In this document: positions 26,997-36,029 of the stretch, one piece after another
How positions within the stretch are numbered: the first letter of the stretch is position 1
How the letters are laid out: each line of letters opens with the position of its first letter
Assembly (NCBI GenBank): GCA_963727455.1
Contig: CAVSGG010000004.1
Location: 24,532 to 88,531 of the forward strand
DNA: 64,000 nt
Source of the DNA: Candidatus Krumholzibacteriota bacterium
Lineage (GTDB): Bacteria > Krumholzibacteriota > Krumholzibacteriia > JAJRXK01
Direction of reading: 5' to 3'
Notes under the pieces: generated by a model
What the model was told of the DNA's origin: nothing
Databases searched by the model: none
Seen by the model: the letters and a program-made list of their open reading frames with translations, nothing else
Made by a program: the position numbers and the translations under genes

Positions 26997-27050
26997 CGAA
27001 CATTCGTTCGAATTTTCCTACATTATGGAACGATGGGAAAGGAGAATCAA
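26997..27050 (-). promoter_or_regulatory. had-bcr operon promoter plus palindromic operator
   Basis: TTGATT (27050-27045)-N17-CATAAT (27027-27022); CGAAC-N4-GTTCG at 26997-27010 just downstream of the predicted TSS. Confidence 0.7.
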
Positions 27051-27059
27051 GTCCAGTTC

Positions 27060-28766
27060 TCATGATTTTGTGGCGCTCGCATCCTCCAGGGCTGCCCGCA
27101 GAGTGCTCCCGAGCTCTTGGCGGATGGCCTCGCCCGCCTCCTTCGCCTGGCGCAGGCCGGACTCGGCCCTCTCTCGCGTCTTGCTCGCCCAGGGTTGATC
27201 GTCCTTCAGCCCAGCCAGGTTGATGAGCACGTTGTAGTAGGCGCCCTCGGCACAGGCCATGGCGCAGAGGGCCGCCACGCCCGCGTCGCTCAGGCTGTTG
27301 GGATTGCCCTTGCGCGCAGCTTCCGCAGTCAGATCGAGGACCGCGTGGGTGCGCTCGAGCACGCGTAGGGGAACCAGAGTTGCCTCGCGGTTGGCCTGCA
27401 GAATCGCTTTCTCCCGCGCCGCGATTTCGCTCTCTGTGGACTTGGGGTACCGGCGCGCCGCCAGCACTGCGTTGAAGGCCTGGGTGTCGGCATCGACGGC
27501 CTCCATGAGCCAGTCCTTGTGCTCCTGCGCCTTCACCGCCAGCTCGTTCATCGCGTCCCAGACATCGTCCTGCCCCTTCCGTCCGACAGTGAGATTGGCC
27601 ACCATGGCGGCCAGTCCGGCGGCGAGACTGCCGACGAGCGCGGCCACGCTTCCGCCTCCCGGTGCGGGGGATTCGCTGGAGAGCTCGTCACAGAAGGCGG
27701 CAAGACTCAGATCGGCAAGGCCCGACTGTCCCTTCTTGAGGCGATATTCGATGATTTTCTCTTGCGGGTCGAAGGGAGCCACGTCGCGCATTCCCATGCT
27801 CCGGATCGCGCATTCGACGACCTCACTCTCGGGGATACCGGCGCTCTTGCCCTGCTTGCGCAGGTAGTGCCGGCCGGCCTGCACCATCGCCTCCAGCGGA
27901 ACCAAACCAACCAGTTCGCTGCCCGTGACCCGCAAGCCACGCTTCACCGCCTCCTCGCAGGCGGCGTCGAAGACCGCGTGCAGACTGCTGACCTTATAGT
28001 TGGTCAGGTTCATGGAGATCTGCGCGAGCTTGTATTCGTCGATGTACCAGCCCACTCCTTTGACGTGCTCGAAGCGTCCGGGCACCTTGATCGCCTTGCC
28101 GGACTTATCGCGCACGATCTCACCCTGGGAATCCCGCTTCGCACGACCCTGTTCGCGGAGGTCGAGCGCAATGTCGCTGGCCCTCGATTTATCCTGGGTG
28201 TTGAGATTGACGTTGTAGGCCAGCAGGAACTCGCGCGCGGAGATCGCGGTGGCGCCGGTGTGCGGATTGAAACTGGCGGGACCAAAGTCCGGTTTCCATT
28301 CCTCTTTTGTCAATTTGTCTGGAAGCGCTTCGTACTCCCCGCTGCGCACGTCGGCCAAGTTCACGCGTTCGGGACGCGATGCCGCGTACTCGTAGAGATA
28401 GACCGGGATCTTCAACTCCTCACCCACCCGCTTGCCCAGGCGGCGCGCAAGCTCCACGCAATCGTCCATGCTCAGGCCGGAAACCGGTACGAAGGGACAT
28501 ACGTCGGTGGCTCCCATGCGCGGATGGGCGCCGCGATGTTTGCTCATGTCGATGAGTTGCGCGGCCTTCGCGATTCCGCGGTACGCGCCTTCCAGCACCG
28601 CTTCGGGCTCGCCCACCACGGTTACGACAGTGCGATTGGTCGCAGCGCCCGGGTCCACATCAAGGACCTGGCAGCCATCTGCGCTCTTGATCGCTGCCAC
28701 GATTGCATCCAGAACCGCGTGGTCGCGGCCTTCACTGAAATTGGGAACGCATTCTACGATGGCCAT
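27060..28766 (-). CDS. ftcd: Glutamate formiminotransferase / formiminotetrahydrofolate cyclodeaminase (fused)
   Basis: VECVPNFSEGR, HPRMGATDVCPF, SELVGLVP, APGGGSVAAL, GNPNSLSD. Confidence 0.93.
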   Translation of the reverse strand: MAIVECVPNFSEGRDHAVLDAIVAAIKSADGCQVLDVDPGAATNRTVVTVVGEPEAVLEGAYRGIAKAAQLIDMSKHRGAHPRMGATDVCPFVPVSGLSMDDCVELARRLGKRVGEELKIPVYLYEYAASRPERVNLADVRSGEYEALPDKLTKEEWKPDFGPASFNPHTGATAISAREFLLAYNVNLNTQDKSRASDIALDLREQGRAKRDSQGEIVRDKSGKAIKVPGRFEHVKGVGWYIDEYKLAQISMNLTNYKVSSLHAVFDAACEEAVKRGLRVTGSELVGLVPLEAMVQAGRHYLRKQGKSAGIPESEVVECAIRSMGMRDVAPFDPQEKIIEYRLKKGQSGLADLSLAAFCDELSSESPAPGGGSVAALVGSLAAGLAAMVANLTVGRKGQDDVWDAMNELAVKAQEHKDWLMEAVDADTQAFNAVLAARRYPKSTESEIAAREKAILQANREATLVPLRVLERTHAVLDLTAEAARKGNPNSLSDAGVAALCAMACAEGAYYNVLINLAGLKDDQPWASKTRERAESGLRQAKEAGEAIRQELGSTLRAALEDASATKS

Positions 28767-28939
28767 GGTTGCCCCCCGAGTTCTTGAACGAAACGTGTGC
28801 GGGCGCTCGCACGAAAGACGGATCATGAACATAGAGCGACGCGGGAGCGGTTTCAAGCCAGTCAGTTTGGCCGCTTGTCGCCCCGGGATAAGAGGGGCAG
28901 AATGGTGGCGGGCAGAAACCCCGAAAGACGGGAGCTTCC

Positions 28940-29764
28940 ATGGCCGATCTACGCGGAAAGGTGCTCTTCATCACCGGTGCCAGCCGGGGTATCGGCAAGG
29001 CGATCGCGCTGCGGGCGGCGCGGGACGGTGCTCGCGTGGTCCTGGCGGCCAAGACAGTACGCGAGCACCCGAAGTTGCCGGGGACCATTCACACTGCCGC
29101 GGCGGAAGTGAAGAATGTGGGAGGCGAGGCGCTCGCGCTGCAGTGCGACGTGCGGCACGAGGAAGAAGTGACGGCGGCGGTCGAGGCCGCTGTGGCCCGC
29201 TTCGGGAGGCTCGACATCTTGGTGAACAATGCGGGTGCGCTCGCGCTCAGCGGCACGCTGGACACCAAGATGCGCACCTTCGATCGGCTTTTTGCGGTAA
29301 ATACCCGCGCCGCATTTCTCTGTGCCCGCAGCTGTCTTCCCCATCTCGTGAAAACGGAGAATCCTCACATCCTCAATATCTCTCCCCCCTTGAACTGGGA
29401 TCAAAAATGGTTCAAGGACCACGTCGCCTACAGCCTCTCGAAGTACGGGATGAGTGTCTGGGTTCTCGGCATGAGCGCGGAGTTCGAAGAAAAAGGGGTA
29501 GGGGTGAATGCGCTATGGCCCAGAACCGCCATCGCGACCGCCGCAGTGCGCAATCTCCTGGGCGGAGAGCCCATGATCCGCCGCTCGCGCAAGTCTTCCA
29601 TCATGGCCGATGCGGCGTACGCCATCCTCATTAGGGACAGCCGAAAATGCAGCGGGAACTTCTACTTGGACGAGGACGTGCTGAAAGAGGAGGGGGTCAC
29701 CGATTTCGACGCCTACGCAGTGGAAGCGGGGGCCGAGCTACTCCCCGATTTTTTCATCGACTAG
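28940..29764 (+). CDS. SDR oxidoreductase (HSDL2-like)
   Basis: TGASRGIG, HPKLPGTIH, ILNISPPL, YSLSK, LWPRTAIATAAV. Confidence 0.9.
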   Translation: MADLRGKVLFITGASRGIGKAIALRAARDGARVVLAAKTVREHPKLPGTIHTAAAEVKNVGGEALALQCDVRHEEEVTAAVEAAVARFGRLDILVNNAGALALSGTLDTKMRTFDRLFAVNTRAAFLCARSCLPHLVKTENPHILNISPPLNWDQKWFKDHVAYSLSKYGMSVWVLGMSAEFEEKGVGVNALWPRTAIATAAVRNLLGGEPMIRRSRKSSIMADAAYAILIRDSRKCSGNFYLDEDVLKEEGVTDFDAYAVEAGAELLPDFFID

Positions 29765-31425
29765 CGCTTACTCAGATGCAAGAGGCGATCGAGATGCTTG
29801 CGTAGCTCGTTCAGGCCGAAGGGTTTGGGCAAAAACTCGGTCAGTGGATCGCGCGCGGGATTGCGGAGTGCCTCCGCTTCGCTGAAACCACTGGTCAAAA
29901 GAACAGGTAAGTCGGGTCGGCCAGCGCGGATCTCCTTGAGAACTTGCTCGCCGCCAAGTTGCGGCATGATCATATCCGCGATTACGAGCCGGAAAGCCTC
30001 TGGGTGCTCGGTGAACTTCTGCAGACCTTCCACGCCGTCGCTGGCCGTCTCAACCTGTAGCCCCAGACTTTCGAGAAGGCGGCGGGTGACCGCGCGCACC
30101 GAGTCCTCGTCCTCGATGAGCAGGACCAGGCCGCTTCCCTTCCATTCGGTCGTGCTCTCCACCCGTTTTGGGATGGCCTCTTCCTTGTCTGCGGGAAAAC
30201 TGATGTGGAACTTGGTTCCCTGGCCCAGAGCGCTTTTCACCCGGATGCTACCCCGGTGTTCCTTGATGATGCCGAGGGTCGATGCCAGTCCCAGACCACG
30301 TCCGGCGAACTTGGTGGAAAAGAAGGGATCGAACACCCGGAGTAGAGTGTCTTCATCCATTCCCTTTCCGTTGTCCTCGACCTCCAGATAGACGTAGTCG
30401 CCAGCCGGCAGGTCCTGATTCAACCAGGGGGTGCTCAGTTCCCTTTGTTCGCAAAACTCCTCTCCCATGCGAATGGTGATCGTGCCCGGCTGGCCTTCGA
30501 ATGCTTCGGATGCGTTGATGATGAGGTTGAGAACGATTTGCCGAATCTGGCTCGCGTCCCCCCTTATCGGAGCGAGCGAGGGAGGCGCGTCCACCTTCAG
30601 TTCAATGTCGCGAGAAATGGAGATTCTGAATAGCCGATCCATCTCGCGGATGAGTTCGATGAGGTCGATGGGACCGCGCTGAGGAGCCGTCTTGCCCGCA
30701 TAGGCCAACATTTGCTGACAGAGGTCGGTGCCGTGCTCCGCAGCGCGGTGAATCTCTTCCATGTGCGTGCGCGTTGGATCTTCCGCCCCCATCTCGGCAA
30801 GCGCGAGCTCGGTACTTCCCAGGATGCTGCTGAGGAGATTGTTGAAATCGTGCGCGATGCCGCCGGTAAAGACGCCCAAGCTCTCCAGTTTTTGGGCATG
30901 AAAGACCTGCGCCTGGAGACTGGCCCGTTCCTCTTCGGCCTGTTTGCGCGTACTGATGTCCGTCATCGTGACGAGGTCGGCGGGACGGCCCTGAAAGAAA
31001 ACGGTCCTCGAGTAAATTTCCACCCAACGTGTCGTGTTTGATGAAGTGAGCAGGCGCATGGGGTAGTTGGTAACCACGCCCTCGTTGCCCTGCATCTTGC
31101 GTCGAATTTGCTCGGTGACGAATTCCCGATCGTCCGGATGAATGAGCCGCGCGATGTTCTCCAGGCTCTTCATCTCGCGAATCTCTTCCAGGGGATACTC
31201 GACCAGGTTCAGGAATGTCTCATTGCAGTACTTGAAGGCGCCGTCCTGAATTACGGCGATCGCGATCATCGACTGTTCGGAAATGAGGCGGAACTTCTCT
31301 TCACTTTCGCGAAGTGCGCGTTCGCTTGCTTCGTGCTTTTGTTGGAAGTCCTTGAGCTCAGCCAGTCGTCTTTCGAGGGCGCGATATTGCTTCAGGAGTT
31401 CTTCGTATTCGGGAGACGTTCCCAC
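29761..31425 (-). CDS. PAS-domain hybrid sensor kinase / response regulator
   Basis: PAS; H-box GIAHDFNNLL; N, G1, F and G2 boxes; C-terminal REC (DMIMP, KPF). Confidence 0.92.
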   Translation of the reverse strand: MGTSPEYEELLKQYRALERRLAELKDFQQKHEASERALRESEEKFRLISEQSMIAIAVIQDGAFKYCNETFLNLVEYPLEEIREMKSLENIARLIHPDDREFVTEQIRRKMQGNEGVVTNYPMRLLTSSNTTRWVEIYSRTVFFQGRPADLVTMTDISTRKQAEEERASLQAQVFHAQKLESLGVFTGGIAHDFNNLLSSILGSTELALAEMGAEDPTRTHMEEIHRAAEHGTDLCQQMLAYAGKTAPQRGPIDLIELIREMDRLFRISISRDIELKVDAPPSLAPIRGDASQIRQIVLNLIINASEAFEGQPGTITIRMGEEFCEQRELSTPWLNQDLPAGDYVYLEVEDNGKGMDEDTLLRVFDPFFSTKFAGRGLGLASTLGIIKEHRGSIRVKSALGQGTKFHISFPADKEEAIPKRVESTTEWKGSGLVLLIEDEDSVRAVTRRLLESLGLQVETASDGVEGLQKFTEHPEAFRLVIADMIMPQLGGEQVLKEIRAGRPDLPVLLTSGFSEAEALRNPARDPLTEFLPKPFGLNELRKHLDRLLHLSKR

Positions 31426-31642
31426 GGCCGACCTGCAAGCAAAGTGGTGCAAAATGGAGCCCAATCAGCGCCAAATAGCATAACAGGATACATCCTACGA
31501 TGCGAGAGAGTTCCACGAAGGCTGGAGTCGTCTTCGACGAGGTTCTAAGCTAGTTTTGTCAGTGTGAGCTGCCCCATGTTCAGCTAGGGCGTGGATCGCA
31601 GCGGCACGCAAAGCACCTTCCACCCGGGAAAGCGAGCGAGAC

Positions 31643-32422
31643 ATGGGATCCAAGAACCACCACGGACTCATCTGCGGGGCAAGCATGGGAATCGGCAGGG
31701 CGGCGGCGATTGCCCTGGCTCGTCGCGGACTCGCGCTGACCCTCCTCTCGCGGCGCGAGGCCGTTCTCGCGGAGTTGGCCAGCCAGCTCGAGCAAGAAGG
31801 GGCAAGCGCGGTGGAGGTGCTCGTCGCCGATCTGGACGATCGCGAGGATTTGGAAGTGAAGGTTCGCGAGCATCTACGCCAGCAGGGCCCCATTCACATC
31901 CTCTTGAACAATACGGGCGGTCCACCCTTGGGTTCGATTTTGGACGCCGGGCCTGACGATTTTCTACGGGCGTTCTCGCGCCACGTTCTCGCCTCGCATC
32001 TGCTCTTACAGATCTGTCTGCCCGGTATGCGCGCCGAGGGCTACGGGCGCGTGATCAACGTGGTCTCGACTTCCGTTTACGAACCCATCCCACAACTCGG
32101 GGTGAGCAACACCACACGCGCAGCAATGGCGGGTTGGGCGAAATCGGTCAGTCGGGAGCTACCGGCGGGCGTGACGATCAACAATGTCCTCCCGGGTTAC
32201 ACCGACACCGAACGTCTCGCCGAACTCAAGACGGCCTTGGCGCGCTCGCGAGGAGTCGAGGAAGAGGAGATCGAGCACGAGTGGTTGGCTCAAATCCCCG
32301 AGGGCAGGCTGGCGCAGCCCAGCGAGCTCGGCGAGCTCATTGCCTACCTCGCCTCTCCCGCAGCAGCCTACCTGCGGGGTCAGAGTATCGCGATCGACGG
32401 CGGGCGAATGCGGAGTATCTGA
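31643..32422 (+). CDS. SDR oxidoreductase (atypical, no YxxxK)
   Basis: GASMGIG, NNTGGP, SNTTRAA, LPGYTDTER. Confidence 0.88.
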   Translation: MGSKNHHGLICGASMGIGRAAAIALARRGLALTLLSRREAVLAELASQLEQEGASAVEVLVADLDDREDLEVKVREHLRQQGPIHILLNNTGGPPLGSILDAGPDDFLRAFSRHVLASHLLLQICLPGMRAEGYGRVINVVSTSVYEPIPQLGVSNTTRAAMAGWAKSVSRELPAGVTINNVLPGYTDTERLAELKTALARSRGVEEEEIEHEWLAQIPEGRLAQPSELGELIAYLASPAAAYLRGQSIAIDGGRMRSI

Positions 32423-32425
32423 GAT

Positions 32426-33991
32426 TTACACCAAGATGCGCCGAGGTTTTCCACGTAGTCCTTCCGCCAGCGCCGCCTCCCACCGATCGCTCGTGGCGTC
32501 GTCCAAGGGACCCAGGTAGCCTCTCCAGGTTCGGCGCCAGATGAGGTCCTCCAGTTTGAGGGCATGCTCGTGCCGTACGGCATGAACGACCTCGGCCACG
32601 GTGAACGGCAAGTCCTTCTCCAAAGGCTCGGCCCATTCGGGATGTTCGCGGATCAATTTCAAGATGCTCGTATGGCGGCTACCATAGGTGCCCAAGAGGT
32701 AACGTAGGGTCGTGAGCGGAAGCTTGGTCTCTCGCAAGAGGAGGTCCTCGGCAACCCGGAAGTAATCGTTCATCTCGGGAATGTCGCCGCCGGGAAGCGG
32801 CAACTCGGCGGTCTGGCAGGCCCTCTTCGCCTTCGCATCGATCAAGAGTGTGATCATATCGACCGCTCGCTCGGCGACCGCGCGATAGGTGGTGAACTTT
32901 CCACCCAGCACGCACACCAAGCCGGGGGCCTCTTCGCGCACCTGTGCCTCACGACTCACTTCTCCCAGTTCGACGCTGCCGGGGAGCAGCGTTCGCAGCC
33001 CCGCAAAAGAGGAAAGGACTCTTCGCTCGCTCTGGTTTTTGGCGGGAAAGTAGCTGTCGACCTCCCGCAAGAGGTATTCCACGTCTTCATCTTCGATCGA
33101 GAGTTCTTCGGGTCTTCCGTAGTGCTCGATTTCTGTAGTTCCGACCAGGCTCTGTCCCTTCCAGGGCAGGGCGAAGAGCACACGGCGATCCTGCCGTGAT
33201 TGCAGGAGGATTCCGTGGCCCTGAGTGATGGAGGGAAGGACGATGTGGGTGCCGCGACTCAAACGGGGCGTCGGACCTTCGGTGAGCTTCTGCATACCGA
33301 GGATGCGGGCGTACCAGGGTCCCGCCGCGTTCACCACAACCCTCGCCTCGACCTCCACGCTCTCTGCGCCGAGAAGGTCGCGCAAGTGCACTCCCACGAC
33401 GCGACCCTCTCTTACCAGAAGGTCCTTGCATTCCACGCGACTCAAGAGCAAGGCCCCGTGAGCTTGCGCGTCGAGCGCGTTTTCCAAAACCAGGCGAGCG
33501 TCATTCATCTGTGCATCGTGGAAGCGAAAGCCACCCTTCAGTCCGTTAGTCTGCAATTGCGGCTCTTCGCTCGCGATCTCCTCCGACTTCAGGAGGCGGT
33601 GCCGGCCCAGACTCATGCCGCCCTGAAGAAGATCGTAGAGAAAGAGCCCCGCGCGCAGCTTCCAAAGCGGCCGCCCCAGGTTGCGATAGACCGGCAGCAG
33701 GAAGGGGAGCGGTCGCACCAAATGGGGGGCAATGCGCAGTAAGGTTTCGCGCTCGTGAAGACTCTCTCGCACCAGGCCGAAGCGAAGGTACTCGAGGTAG
33801 CGCAAGCCGCCGTGGGCCAACTTGGAACTCGCGCTGCTCGTTTCCGCCGCGAAATCGCGTTTCTCCACGAGCAGGACCGAGAGGCCTCGCAGCGCCGCGT
33901 CGCGCGCGATTCCACAGCCGGCAATTCCTCCGCCCACCACGACCAGATCGAAACGCCGCCCCTTGAGTTCGCTGATGTCTCGCGCGCTCAT
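32426..33991 (-). CDS. glpD: FAD-dependent glycerol-3-phosphate dehydrogenase
   Basis: GGGIAG, TSSASSKLAHGGLRYLE, GGKFTTYR. Confidence 0.92.
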   Translation of the reverse strand: MSARDISELKGRRFDLVVVGGGIAGCGIARDAALRGLSVLLVEKRDFAAETSSASSKLAHGGLRYLEYLRFGLVRESLHERETLLRIAPHLVRPLPFLLPVYRNLGRPLWKLRAGLFLYDLLQGGMSLGRHRLLKSEEIASEEPQLQTNGLKGGFRFHDAQMNDARLVLENALDAQAHGALLLSRVECKDLLVREGRVVGVHLRDLLGAESVEVEARVVVNAAGPWYARILGMQKLTEGPTPRLSRGTHIVLPSITQGHGILLQSRQDRRVLFALPWKGQSLVGTTEIEHYGRPEELSIEDEDVEYLLREVDSYFPAKNQSERRVLSSFAGLRTLLPGSVELGEVSREAQVREEAPGLVCVLGGKFTTYRAVAERAVDMITLLIDAKAKRACQTAELPLPGGDIPEMNDYFRVAEDLLLRETKLPLTTLRYLLGTYGSRHTSILKLIREHPEWAEPLEKDLPFTVAEVVHAVRHEHALKLEDLIWRRTWRGYLGPLDDATSDRWEAALAEGLRGKPRRILV

Positions 33992-34728
33992 CCCAACTCT
34001 CCCGCGTATCGCGCGATCGCGCTTCGTAGCCGGGTCACGTCGTTGCCGCAGATACCCGAGGCGCCCAGCAATAGAGCACGTCGGACTTCAGTTTCGCCGT
34101 CCACGGTCCAAGTCCAGATTCTCTGTCCTTCTTCGCGAAGACGCTTTACGAAGGGTTCCTCCAGCCGATCCTGCCGGATACTCACTGCGTGCAGGGCGCG
34201 ACGTTCGACGGCGCTCAGCCGCGCGAGCGCGACAGGATCGGAGAGGATCAAGATGGTGCGACGTCTGGCCTGCAAAGCGCCTCTCACCAAACCCGTATCG
34301 AAGGAAGCCAGCGCGTGGGCAGAGGAACGAGGCACCAGCTCGAGGCAGCGCTCGAGTAGCTGGCGATGGGCGACCCGACGGCGGCCTCCCCCTTCGGACT
34401 TCAGTTCCAGGTACAGGGGAAGTTGCGATCCGATCGCTGTCAGCACCTCTTGCAGGCGGGGTACTCCTAGGGGCGAGAAGCCCGGAAATCCCCGCGACAC
34501 GTCGACCCGCGACAACTCTTCGGCGCTCAAGTCCCCGAGACGGCGGCGTGAGCGGGCGCGACGCCACAGAGTGAAATCATGGCTCACCACGACTTCACCG
34601 TCACCCGCCAGCGTCAGATCCATCTCGATCCAGTCGGCGCCCTTGCGGATCGCCTGCTCGAACGCAGGCAGGGTGTTCTCGGGTGCGTGGGCGCTGTCGC
34701 CTCGATGAGCAATCAGGAGGGGAGTCAT
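33988..34728 (-). CDS. Glycerophosphodiester phosphodiesterase
   Basis: IAHRG, PENTL, EMDL, HD, WTVD; ATGA-coupled to glpD. Confidence 0.9.
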   Translation of the reverse strand: MTPLLIAHRGDSAHAPENTLPAFEQAIRKGADWIEMDLTLAGDGEVVVSHDFTLWRRARSRRRLGDLSAEELSRVDVSRGFPGFSPLGVPRLQEVLTAIGSQLPLYLELKSEGGGRRRVAHRQLLERCLELVPRSSAHALASFDTGLVRGALQARRRTILILSDPVALARLSAVERRALHAVSIRQDRLEEPFVKRLREEGQRIWTWTVDGETEVRRALLLGASGICGNDVTRLRSAIARYAGELG

Positions 34729-34837
34729 TTCACGAGGGCGAGGCGCAAGCCCCGTGCCGCTTTCCCTGGGGCGGGCTCAGCCTTGGTATGGTACTTTCTT
34801 GGCAGAAACACGCTCCTCCTCGAAAGGTCGTGCTCGC

Positions 34838-35554
34838 ATGCGTTTGTGCGTCTTGGCTGACATCCATGGCAATCTCGCCGCCCTCAAAACCGTACTCCAG
34901 GACGCGGCAACGCGCGAGGTGGACGGATACGCCTGTCTGGGCGACGTCGTGGGTTACGGCCCCCATCCCGGGGAATGCCTCGAGTTGCTGCGCGGGCTGG
35001 ACTGCCGGATCCTGCAGGGGAACCACGAAGCGGCCCTTTTGAACGAGCCTACCGCGGGGCGCTTCAACGAGTTCGCCCGACTCGCCATCGAGTACAGCCG
35101 CGGCGCGATCAGCCCCGAGCAGCTCGAATTTCTCAAGACCCTGGAACCCACGATGGTCATCGGGGAGGAGATTCAGCTCTCTCACGGCTCCCCCGAGGAT
35201 CGCGACGAATATCTCATTTTCCTTCCGCAGATCGAGGGGATGCTGAGCCATGCCCGCTACTGGCTGACCTTTTGCGGCCACTCCCATCTGCAGTTCGTCC
35301 ACGATGGGAACCGCTTGATGGCTGGTCCCAGGGAGGGCGTTCCCTTGGAGTACGAGCGGCGCTATCTCATCAACCCCGGCAGCGTGGGTCAACCCCGCGA
35401 CCGCGACAATCGCAGCGCGTATTGCGTGGTGGATACCGCGGAAGCTCGCCTCGACCAGATCCGCTTGGAGTACGATATCGAAGAGACGGTCGCCGCCTAT
35501 CAAGAGGCGGGTCTCCCGGAATATTCGTGGCAGAGATTGCGAGACGGCCGCTAG
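34838..35554 (+). CDS. Calcineurin-like metallophosphoesterase
   Basis: DIHGN, GDVVGYG, GNHE, HGSP, GHSH, NPGSVGQPRD. Confidence 0.92.
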   Translation: MRLCVLADIHGNLAALKTVLQDAATREVDGYACLGDVVGYGPHPGECLELLRGLDCRILQGNHEAALLNEPTAGRFNEFARLAIEYSRGAISPEQLEFLKTLEPTMVIGEEIQLSHGSPEDRDEYLIFLPQIEGMLSHARYWLTFCGHSHLQFVHDGNRLMAGPREGVPLEYERRYLINPGSVGQPRDRDNRSAYCVVDTAEARLDQIRLEYDIEETVAAYQEAGLPEYSWQRLRDGR

Positions 35555-35589
35555 CTGCGGTCCGGTGCGAAGGCACGAACACGACAGTG

Positions 35590-35625
35590 GGAGAAAGAAG
35601 AAGGGGGCCCGAGGGCCCCCTTCTT
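35590..35625. terminator. Bidirectional intrinsic terminator
   Basis: Perfect inverted repeat AAGAAGGGGGCCC-GA-GGGCCCCCTTCTT (35598-35625) with pyrimidine-rich tails on both strands. Confidence 0.85.
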
Positions 35626-35876
35626 GCTCGATCACCGTTCGGCTAACCACGTTCTCCGTTTTCCGGTAATCCAGTGATCCTGGCGGTAGGCTGCCCTCAG
35701 CCTCTGCTCTTCGTTCAAGCCACGGGGTCACCGGCGAACCGGTATCCTACGGGCAATTGCCCAGAGACCGTGGTGAAGGACAACGCAATCCGGGTGCCCC
35801 ACGCCCCCCGATCCGCACCGTCCGACCAATCGACAGCAGGAACAAGAAACTTGCCCATGCTACCGCCCAGGATCAT
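35590..35876 (-). ncRNA. Putative stand-alone multi-branched structured ncRNA (about 200-285 nt)
   Basis: Promoter, 15-bp closing stem starting at the predicted TSS, internal hairpins with minus-strand G-U pairs, UUCG tetraloop, terminator. Confidence 0.6.
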
Positions 35877-35881
35877 GCCCA

Positions 35882-35910
35882 TGTATACTTTACTGGCAAG
35901 TGGGGTGCAA
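35882..35910 (-). promoter_or_regulatory. Sigma70-type promoter of the ncRNA
   Basis: TTGCAC (35910-35905)-N17-TATACA (35887-35882). Confidence 0.65.
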
Positions 35911-36029
35911 GTATCTTTTCGGGTATTACACCAAGTGGTAAAGTGCCGCTGGGTGAGAGATCATAGTCTGATTCTGGACCGTGTGAACGCGCGCCTTGCT
36001 TTCCCTCTGCTTGACCGAGGATCGCCTTC

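Noticed and set aside
27060-28766. Fused FTCD as a eukaryote-like novelty
   Set aside because: Fused formiminotransferase-cyclodeaminases are already known in bacteria
35675-35875. MITE interpretation of the 15-bp inverted repeats
   Set aside because: No target-site duplication and no second copy in the window; promoter/TSS alignment and strand-specific G-U pairs favour an RNA gene, though a MITE is not fully excluded
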